A stretch of 47,375 nucleotides of DNA from a virus. Lineage: Duplodnaviria; Heunggongvirae; Uroviricota; Caudoviricetes. Below the pieces are notes generated by a model, which saw only the letters and a list, made by a program, of their open reading frames with translations, ran no database searches and was not told where the DNA came from. Made by a program: the position numbers and the translations under genes. Every line of letters starts with the position of its first letter. Position 1 is the first letter of the stretch. The DNA lies in the IMG/VR virus record IMGVR_UViG_2795385816_000003, positions 71,520 to 118,894 of that record. The stretch is one strand, 5' to 3'. Below are positions 17,446-25,300 of this stretch, piece after piece.

Positions 17446-17982
17446 ATGCCTGCTGGTGTGGAAGTTGTGGTCAAGGAGGGCTTCGCCACCATCGATTTCG
17501 TCGACGGGACGCTGCGCGGCCCCGGATTGGCCAAACTGCTGGAAGTCGGCACACCGCCCGAGGCCATCGAGAAACTGACCCGCGAGGGTCCGCGCGCTGT
17601 CTACGTAGTGCCGGAAGGCAATGCCCGCGAGGCCGGCCTGCTCGACGAAGTGGACGCCGACGACTCCAACGATGGACCACCGCCAGCAGCAATGACCGAC
17701 GCGACCACGGGCGACGACGGCTCTCGCGCGGCGTTGCCGCTCGCTGAACCGGTTTCGACCGACGCCGAAGGTACGGCCATCGGCGACCCCGCCCAGGAGC
17801 CGTTTCCTACAGGTGATTTCGCGCCGAAGGCTTGGCCACAGGGCGATCCTGAGTTGGACTGGAAGCGGCCGCAGCTCGATGCCTACGCCGCGTCCAAGGG
17901 TCTGGACACCCACGAGCTGCCCAACAAGGAAGCAGTGTTCGCGGCCATCGCTAAGCACGCTTCAGAGGCGATGAACTCGTGA
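17446..17982 (+). CDS. Virion-associated hypothetical protein with small C-terminal helical (HeH/Rho-N-like) motif
   Basis: Acidic linker then WKRPQLDAYAASKGLD...NKEAVFAAI. Confidence 0.65.
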   Translation: MPAGVEVVVKEGFATIDFVDGTLRGPGLAKLLEVGTPPEAIEKLTREGPRAVYVVPEGNAREAGLLDEVDADDSNDGPPPAAMTDATTGDDGSRAALPLAEPVSTDAEGTAIGDPAQEPFPTGDFAPKAWPQGDPELDWKRPQLDAYAASKGLDTHELPNKEAVFAAIAKHASEAMNS

Positions 17983-18242
17983 GCGATCTGTTTACCCGGG
18001 AGTTCTGGAAGGACGCGGTGGAGCGCACCGTGAGTTCTGCGGCACAAGGGTTCCTTGTAGGTGGCGGTCTCGGTGTTGGTGCCGAAGCTACGCAATCTGT
18101 TGACGCCCGGTTCTTTCCGTGGCTCGCTGCGGCCAGCGTCGCCGGCGGTATGGCAGCGGCGAGCTTCGCCAAGTGCCTGGCCGCAGTGCATGTCGGTGAG
18201 CGTGGGACTGCCTCACTACATCGGCGAAGGTCATTCGAGTGA
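17979..18242 (+). CDS. r1t-type holin
   Basis: LFTREFWKDAVERTVSSAAQ signature plus hydrophobic segments. Confidence 0.8.
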   Translation: MSDLFTREFWKDAVERTVSSAAQGFLVGGGLGVGAEATQSVDARFFPWLAAASVAGGMAAASFAKCLAAVHVGERGTASLHRRRSFE

Positions 18243-18490
18243 GCCCAGACCAGATCCAGGCCATTGGTGGCGTCATCGTCGCCATCCTGACCGCCTGGCA
18301 GGGGCTGACCACGCGACGCGTCCGGAATCTCGAAACCCATGTGAAGGCAGTCGAGACCGAACGAGACAAGCTCAGCTCCAAACTGCGCGTTGCTGTCCGT
18401 TATATCCGTGAGTGGATGGAGTGGGCGCGCCAACACGCGCCCGGCAAGCCAACTCCGGCGGTCCCGGCCGAGTTACGCGAAGAGATCTGA
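18239..18490 (+). CDS. Small membrane-anchored coiled-coil protein
   Basis: One N-terminal TM segment then coiled coil; overlaps holin stop. Confidence 0.7.
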   Translation: MSPDQIQAIGGVIVAILTAWQGLTTRRVRNLETHVKAVETERDKLSSKLRVAVRYIREWMEWARQHAPGKPTPAVPAELREEI

Positions 18491-18492
18491 TG

Positions 18493-18511
18493 CACCCCGT
18501 CCTTTTACTGT
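18493..18511 (+). promoter_or_regulatory. CAC-box promoter (CACCC-N8-TACTGT) for the major tail gene (leadered)
   Basis: Shared motif; SD AGGAGG before ATG 18578. Confidence 0.7.
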
Positions 18512-18577
18512 TCGCCGCAGCCTCGGAAAACGTAATGGACCGGCGCGAAGCGCCTGATAGCAGGAGGAAGCCAGCAC

Positions 18578-19636
18578 ATGGCATTCGCAGTCGTTAAGGG
18601 CTATGCGCTCCGCGTGACCAAGGTGGATTCGTGCGGTCTGCCCATCCAGGGCAACGCCAACCGCATCGTCACCGAGGGATTCATTCGGGTCAACCTGGAT
18701 CCGAATATGAAGGAAGCCAACGAGATCACCCAAGAGAACGCCGCGGGCAAGGAGTGCGTCAGTGATCGCACCCCGGCCGAACGCCGTTGGTGGAACACCG
18801 AACTGCAGCTGTGCGGCGTTGACCCCGACCTGTGGTCGCTGATCCTCGGCTGGGCGCGGGTGCTCGACCATGAGGGCAACCCGATCGGCGTGATCGACAG
18901 CAAGTCCGTCGATGACAAGTCGGGCGTCATGTTCGAGATCTGGACTGGCGGCCAGGGCGACGACGACTGCCCCGAGCCGCTGGATGACTCGATCTTCTCC
19001 GCGGCGGCATCCGGACGCCAATACGGCTATCTCGCTTTTGCGGGCAATGAGTTCGTCTCGGGCGCAATCCCTGTTGGCGCCGAAGCGTCGAACTTCACCT
19101 TGACGGGTCGCACGATCGCGCCCAAGCGCTGGGGACGGGGCCCGTACAACGTGGCCGCGATCGACCCCGCCGGCACACCGGGGCGTCTGCTGGTTCCCAT
19201 GTACAGCAAGCCCTCGGACAACCACCTGATCCTGTTCCGGACCCCGGTGCCGCCGCCGGCGCCCACCGAAGGTGCGTGCGAGCTGGCGGTGCAGTCGATC
19301 TTCACCGGACCAGGTAAGGCGTACTTCGGTGTGGACGCCGCTGATGTGGCTCCGCCGCAGCCGATCTGCAACCCGAAGACGTACACCGTCGCGGTCACCG
19401 GCACCGGGAACTGGAAGGCCAAGGTCGACACTGAGCCGACCGCCGACATCGCCGCCACCGCGCTGCCCGCGGCGGTGCAGTCGGCGATCGAGGCGCTGCC
19501 CAACGTCGAGGTGGGCCAGGTCCAGGTCTCCGGTACGGCAGGCAGCTACACCGTGAAGCTCGACCCGGCTCTGGGGGCGCTTAGCGCCGACAGCACGGGC
19601 CTGACTGGCGGTGCCGCCACCGTCACACCGGCGTAG
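18578..19636 (+). CDS. Major tail (tube) protein with C-terminal extension
   Basis: LRVTKVDSCG...ENAAGKEC B-like tail tube pattern; strong SD; terminator follows. Confidence 0.85.
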   Translation: MAFAVVKGYALRVTKVDSCGLPIQGNANRIVTEGFIRVNLDPNMKEANEITQENAAGKECVSDRTPAERRWWNTELQLCGVDPDLWSLILGWARVLDHEGNPIGVIDSKSVDDKSGVMFEIWTGGQGDDDCPEPLDDSIFSAAASGRQYGYLAFAGNEFVSGAIPVGAEASNFTLTGRTIAPKRWGRGPYNVAAIDPAGTPGRLLVPMYSKPSDNHLILFRTPVPPPAPTEGACELAVQSIFTGPGKAYFGVDAADVAPPQPICNPKTYTVAVTGTGNWKAKVDTEPTADIAATALPAAVQSAIEALPNVEVGQVQVSGTAGSYTVKLDPALGALSADSTGLTGGAATVTPA

Positions 19637-19649
19637 AGGAGCAGGCGAG

Positions 19650-19686
19650 CGAAACGCCCGGGGTGTCACGGCCCCCGGGCGTTTCG
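19650..19686 (+). terminator. Terminator hairpin after the major tail gene
   Basis: CGAAACGCCCGGGG / CCCCGGGCGTTTCG. Confidence 0.75.
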
Positions 19687-19697
19687 TCATGTGTAAG

Positions 19698-19716
19698 CAC
19701 CCCCGACTCCTACCGT
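19698..19716 (+). promoter_or_regulatory. CAC-box promoter (CACCC-N8-TACCGT), leaderless to ATG 19724
   Basis: Shared motif just after a terminator; 7 nt to the start codon. Confidence 0.7.
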
Positions 19717-19723
19717 GTGCCCC

Positions 19724-20467
19724 ATGTCCTGCGATTGGCCGATCGACCGGAGCTGTCTGCCGCCGCTGCCCGAACTCGGCACCAGCCCGACCGCGGAGGA
19801 ACAAGCGGCCCACAACCTGGAACTGATGCGGCGCAGCAACGCCGAAGACATTGCCGTGCACGTGCTGTGGGCGCTGTCCGGCCGCCAGTTCGGCGCCTGC
19901 GCAACCACAGCGCGGCCCTGCCGCTCCTACGCGCAGGGATTCGGATACAGCTCGACCGTTCTGACACTCGATGCCGGCCAATGGGTGAACTGGCCGTGTG
20001 GCTGTATCGGGGGCTGCTCGGTCACGGGCCCGCGGGTAGTGCATCTGCCGGGCCCGGTCGCATCGATCACCGACGTGAGGATCGACGGCGCGGTGCTCGA
20101 TGAGTCCGGGTACCAGCTGGAGGGAAACGCCCTGTACCGCAAGGACGGTGCATGGCCTAGCCAAGATCTCGGCAGGCCGCTCGGGGAGCCCGGAACCTGG
20201 TCGGTGACCTACGCACGCGGCAACCCCGTACCAGCTGGCGTCGACAAACTGGTAGGCCAACTAGCCCGCGAATTTGTTGCCGCCTGCGACGACGAAGACA
20301 CATGCCGCCTGCCGCGCACCGTGGTGGCCACCACCCGCCGCGGTGTGAGCCACGAATTCGATCCGACCAAGATCCTCGCCGCCGGCAAGACGGGGCTAAG
20401 CGAGGTGGACATGTGGCTGTCCGCGGTCAATCCGCATCGACTCCAGCAGGCACCGGAGGTGCTGTGA
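19724..20467 (+). CDS. Head-to-tail adaptor protein
   Basis: Cys-rich; CRLP..V....R.GV motif; position between tail tube and tail completion genes. Confidence 0.7.
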   Translation: MSCDWPIDRSCLPPLPELGTSPTAEEQAAHNLELMRRSNAEDIAVHVLWALSGRQFGACATTARPCRSYAQGFGYSSTVLTLDAGQWVNWPCGCIGGCSVTGPRVVHLPGPVASITDVRIDGAVLDESGYQLEGNALYRKDGAWPSQDLGRPLGEPGTWSVTYARGNPVPAGVDKLVGQLAREFVAACDDEDTCRLPRTVVATTRRGVSHEFDPTKILAAGKTGLSEVDMWLSAVNPHRLQQAPEVL

Positions 20468-21006
20468 ATCCCCACGATCCAGCCTCCGACATCGTCAACG
20501 AATTCATCAACGCGATGAAAAAGGCCTTCAACCCAACAGATTCGTTCCAACCGCCGCTCGGTGGCGGCTCCAAGGATGTGCGGTTCTTCGCCGGCGACGG
20601 GCCGCTGCCGCTGTCCGTTTGGGATCCCGAGCACGGGCCGGCGGCGGGCTGCAAAGAGCCGCTGCTCTGGGTGCGGGTGGATCGCCGATACCGCAGCCGG
20701 CGCAGTGATTTTCCCGCTGCCTACGTTGCCGCCCGGGATTGCAAGACCGCTGATGTGGTGCGGGCACTGGCGGTCGAGATCGGTATCGCACGGTGCGCGG
20801 ACATGTCAGCCAAACCGAAGTGGCCGGTGCTCGAATCGGAGGCCGAGATCAGCCTGGATGACTCGTTCCGGATCGAAACGGCGTTGTGTCTGGCGGCCAC
20901 CGCGCTGACCAAGCCCGATCGTGCAGTAGCCACCGATACCATCGCGCCGCAAGGGCCCGAGGGCGGGCTGATCGCGTGGACCGGTATGGCCTACGTGTCG
21001 CTATGA
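20464..21006 (+). CDS. Tail completion/terminator-like protein
   Basis: GTGA overlap start; PQGPEGG.I.W C-terminal motif; synteny. Confidence 0.55.
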   Translation: MNPHDPASDIVNEFINAMKKAFNPTDSFQPPLGGGSKDVRFFAGDGPLPLSVWDPEHGPAAGCKEPLLWVRVDRRYRSRRSDFPAAYVAARDCKTADVVRALAVEIGIARCADMSAKPKWPVLESEAEISLDDSFRIETALCLAATALTKPDRAVATDTIAPQGPEGGLIAWTGMAYVSL

Positions 21007-21019
21007 GAGAGGGTGCGCT

Positions 21020-21367
21020 GTGGGGCATTACGTCACCATCGAGGGAAGCCTGACACCGACCACGAGTCTGGCGCGGGGCGTGCGCAAGACAGTGGCCGTC
21101 ACCGACGAGGTCCGCAAGCTGGTGCAGATCGGTGGCGCCGTCGTGGTGGACGGCAACCTCGACGAACCTGAAGCCCCCGGAAACGAGTCCAGCAGCGAAA
21201 GCACCGCGCAAGCCGAAACATCGGACGAAACCGAGCCGGATTCCGCTGCCGACAGCCCGCACACCGAGGCCGACACGGAGACCTCGGCCAAGCGTGTCCG
21301 CAGCGCACGCCGGTCGCCGGCCGCCGACCCAGACGCACCGCAGACGAAGCCCGATGGCGCGAGTTAG
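21020..21367 (+). CDS. Hypothetical protein, acidic low-complexity C-terminus
   Basis: SD GAGAGGG; in operon. Confidence 0.6.
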   Translation: MGHYVTIEGSLTPTTSLARGVRKTVAVTDEVRKLVQIGGAVVVDGNLDEPEAPGNESSSESTAQAETSDETEPDSAADSPHTEADTETSAKRVRSARRSPAADPDAPQTKPDGAS

Positions 21368-21758
21368 AGGGCGCTTCGAGCTTCACGAACGAGAGCTCAA
21401 CGACCAGACCCGGTCTTTCGGCCGGCGCCGGATGGCGTCCCTGCAGCGACGTATCGCCACCCAGGCACGCGTCGACGCCCCCGTTCGCACCGGCAACCTC
21501 GGCCGCCAGGTCAACGAGGGACACATCGGTTTCACCGGCCCCCGAACGATTTCCGGCAGCGTCGGCAACAACGCCCGCTACGCGCTATACGTCCACGAGG
21601 GCTCGCGGCCTCACCTCATCCGGCCACGCAACGCCAAAGCGCTGCGGTTCCAGATAGGCGGGCGCACGGTGTTCGCAAAGCTGGTGCACCACCCGGGAAC
21701 GAAGGCGCGACCGTTCTTGCGCAACGCCGGAATGCGAGTGGCATCGCGGGAACGCTGA
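21354..21758 (+). CDS. HK97 gp10-like neck/tail protein
   Basis: APVRTGNL and YALYVHEGSRPH...HPGTKARPFL motifs. Confidence 0.75.
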   Translation: MARVRGRFELHERELNDQTRSFGRRRMASLQRRIATQARVDAPVRTGNLGRQVNEGHIGFTGPRTISGSVGNNARYALYVHEGSRPHLIRPRNAKALRFQIGGRTVFAKLVHHPGTKARPFLRNAGMRVASRER

Positions 21759-21791
21759 CCAACTATTCACTGCGAGTGAATCGTTCGGCTG

Positions 21792-21810
21792 CACCCCTGC
21801 TCGGCACGCT
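21792..21810 (+). promoter_or_regulatory. CAC-box promoter (CACCC-N8-CACGCT), leaderless to ATG 21818
   Basis: Shared motif with a degenerate -10; 7 nt to the start codon. Confidence 0.55.
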
Positions 21811-21817
21811 ACGCGCC

Positions 21818-22324
21818 ATGACCACACCCGCCTCGGAACCTCTCCAGCCGTCCGCCCCTGCACCGGCCGAACCGGCAGCAGCCGGCGCCATCGAACAAGA
21901 TGTCATCGCGCCTAATACGCAGGTAGTCACTGAACCAGCTGCCCACGGTGATGCGCTGCCAGCGGTCCGGGCCAGTAGCGAGGTAGCGACGCCCAGCGGG
22001 TGGCCGCACGAGTTCCTGGAGTTTGGTGGCGACAAGCTCGAAATCCGGGTTCCCACACCACAGGCCATGTCGGCGCTGTCGCTGGGAATGGGCAAGTACG
22101 TTCCGGCGAAGATGAAGAACGAGATCAGCGGCCTGTTCATCGCCCGGCATCTGTCGGAAGACACCTACGAGCACGTCTACTCGCGGTTGATGAACCCGGA
22201 CGACACCGGATACAACGCCAACACCATCGGGGAGCTGATCGGCGCGCTGCTCAACGAAGGTGTCGAGCAATTCGAAAAGGTGTCGAAGGCACCGGAAGCG
22301 GTGAACAGCGAGGCCGAGAAGTAG
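21818..22324 (+). CDS. Tail assembly chaperone (gpG-like)
   Basis: Immediately upstream of the tape measure gene; similar to 35932-36288. Confidence 0.7.
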   Translation: MTTPASEPLQPSAPAPAEPAAAGAIEQDVIAPNTQVVTEPAAHGDALPAVRASSEVATPSGWPHEFLEFGGDKLEIRVPTPQAMSALSLGMGKYVPAKMKNEISGLFIARHLSEDTYEHVYSRLMNPDDTGYNANTIGELIGALLNEGVEQFEKVSKAPEAVNSEAEK

Positions 22325-22343
22325 CACCCCACCTCGCTAGCTT
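22325..22343 (+). promoter_or_regulatory. CAC-box promoter (CACCC-N8-TAGCTT), leaderless to tape measure GTG 22350
   Basis: Shared motif; 6 nt to the start codon; no SD. Confidence 0.7.
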
Positions 22344-22349
22344 GAGCCG

Positions 22350-25300
22350 GTGACCACGCCCGTCGGCTCGATTCGCCTTGATCTGTCGATCGACGGTTCG
22401 AACCTTGACGACGAGATCACTGCTGCTGTGCAAAAGCACATGGGGCCCGCCATGGCGAGGCTTCAAGCGCAGCTTGATCGAATCGAGCGTGAGTATGTCG
22501 AGGCCGCGCGTGCGGCTGAAAAGTCCTCCGCTAAGCAGACAGCAGCAGCCAGGGCCGTTGCCGAAGCGGTCGAGGACATCGGTGACGAGCACACCAAGTC
22601 GGCAGCCAAAGCGCGTGCTGGCGAGAGCGTTTCGACACGGTCGATCAACGCGACCACCCGGGCCATCCAAAAGCAGACAGCAGCCTGGGAAGCGAACGCG
22701 GCGGCGCGGATCGCCGCGGCAGCTGCACCGACCCCGGCCGGACCACCGCCAGGCGGCGGTAGCCGCGGTGGGGGAGGCGGCGGCGGCTCTGGCGGCGGTG
22801 TCAGATGGCATGGCGGCAGGGGAGGTTTCCTTTCCAGCCCCATAGGATTGAATGCGATTTCACTCGGTGTCGGCAGCCTTCCGGCCGCGACCACGGCCGT
22901 TGTCAACCTCACCGGGGCACTGCAGCAGCTCGTCCAGGTCGGATTCGTTGTACCTGGCGTCATCGGCGGCATGGTCTCGTCGATCGGCACCGCGGTGTTG
23001 GGGTTCCACGGCCTGTCCGACGCGGTGAAGGCATCGTGGGAGGCCGCGAAGTCGGGCGACCCGAAGGACATCAAGAAAGCTGCCGAGGCCATGCAGGGCC
23101 TTGCCCCGGCGGTCCAGGGCGTCGTCAAGGCCATAGTTTCCGCGCGCCCCCAACTGGAGCATCTGCAGCGCGACATCGTGGCGCAGAACATGTTCGAAGG
23201 CGTCGATCAGAGCATCACCGAACTGACCGACAAATCGATACCCACCTTGGAGAAGGGCCTCGGCGGCATCGCGAAGGCATGGAACGCCACGTTCAAGGAA
23301 CTGGGCCGCGTCGGCGGCCTGGACTCCTCGCAGTCAATCTTGGACAAGCTGTTCGGCAACACCGCCGACGCGCAGAACCGCGCCAACGCGGCGATCGAAC
23401 CGCTGATCCACGGTTTCGGCACACTGACCGCCGAGGGCAGCGACTTCCTGCCGCGTATCGCCGACGGGTTGACCGCTGTCACAAAGCGATTCGACAACTG
23501 GATCACCCGATCGGTGGAGAACGGCAACCTCGACAAATGGATCACCGAAGGCATCGAGGGTGCCGACCATCTGGGCAACACACTGCTAAACATCGGCAAG
23601 ATCATCGCCTCGATCACCAAAGCCGCTGGCGGCGACGGCGGTCTGTTGTCCGCACTCGACGGCGGGTCCGGCGCGCTGGCCGACTTCCTGGCATCGGACA
23701 AGGGCCAAGAGAAGCTGATCAAGTTCTTCACCGAGGGACGCGAGCAGATCAAGCAGTGGATGCCGATCCTGGGCAACGTCGCCTCGCTCCTGGGTGATGT
23801 TTACGACGGCATGAAGCAGTGGACCGCGGTGCTGCTACCGATCCTCAAAATGGTTACCGACCTTCTCAACTCGATGCCAGGCGGCATCTCCGGTGTCGTC
23901 ACAGCATTCCTGGCGTGGAGAACGATCTCCGGCATTACGTCGGTTCTGTCCGGGATAAACAGCATCGGGTCGGCTCTGGACGGTTTACCTGGGAAAGCAG
24001 GGACAGCGGCAGGGGGAATCAACAAGGCGCTGGCAGGTCTGGGCGTCGGTGCGGCGGCATTCCAGATCGGCGGCGGTTTGATCAACTCGGATTCGGGGTT
24101 GGCGCAGGCCGGAGGGTTCGCCGCCAACATCGGTGGCGGTGCCCTCGCCGGTGGCCTGATGGGCGGTCCGTGGGGTGCTGCGCTCGGCGCCATGATTGGT
24201 GCCGGTGTGTCGTTGTTCGAGCTGTCTCGCAAGCGCCTGGAAGAAGGCAAAGCCGAGTGGGACAAGTCGTGGCAGGAGCACCATGACAACCCACCGCCGC
24301 CGGTTATCTCCCCCAGTGGCATCGACCTCAAGACGATGCTTCCGGTCGACCGTGGACCGTCGCTGTCGCAAGGCATGCTCGCGCAGATTCAGGCGGGGAA
24401 ACTTCCGGGGTACAGCATCGGCCCGAACGGCGCGGTGATCGGTCCCGACGGTCAACCACTGCCCGGCCTGAACCTGGGCGGCGTGACGCCGTACACCCCC
24501 TCGTTCCCGCTACCAACGCTCCCGCCCCCTGCTCCGCCTCCACAGAAGCAACCGACCACGTTCCTGCCGATACCCGGCGCGACGGGGCAAAACGTCCCCG
24601 CCCCGCAAGGAACAAACCTCGGTCAGTTGATCGGCGCCGGTGCGTTGCCCGAGGTACAGGCCAACGTCCAGAAGTTGGCATCGGACATCCAGGCACTGCC
24701 CGAGGGTGAGGTCAAGATCAAAGACCCGTCGCCCGAAGTGATGAAAAACCTTGAGTCCCTGGATGTGCAGATCACCAAGGTCTCGGAGAACGAGATCCAG
24801 GTCAAGGCCAACACCAGTGCGGCACAAGCCCAGGTCGAAGCGTTCATCCTCAAGTACAAGCAGCAGACGATCACCATGATGATCCAGGCGCAGGGAATGA
24901 CTCCCGCGGTGCCGCCTGGCCGCGCCGACGGCGGCGTGCTGCCCGGTTGGTCTCCCGGTGTCGACAACATGCTGGTACCGATGTCCGGCGGCGAGGGCGT
25001 GCTCATCCCCGAGGCTGTGCGCGGCCTGGGTGGGGCTGCAGCCATTTACGCCATCAACAGCCGGTTCCGTAGCGGCCTGTCCCGCAGGGGATACGCCGAC
25101 GGCGGCGTGGTCGGTGCGGTGGCAGGTATTCCTGGCGTGGATGACAACACCGAACTCGGAGTGCTGCGACAAATCCGGGACCTGTTGGCCGGCAAGGGTG
25201 GCGGCCCGCTGCCCGCGACCTCGGATGCCATCAAGTCCATCGCCTCCGACGGCGTCGCATCGGCCACCGGCAATTCGCCGACACGGATGGGGCCATTCGG

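Noticed and set aside
22290-22350. Classical G/GT programmed frameshift directly before the tape measure gene
   Set aside because: No slippery heptamer and no room for a T ORF: the tape measure starts 25 nt after the chaperone stop
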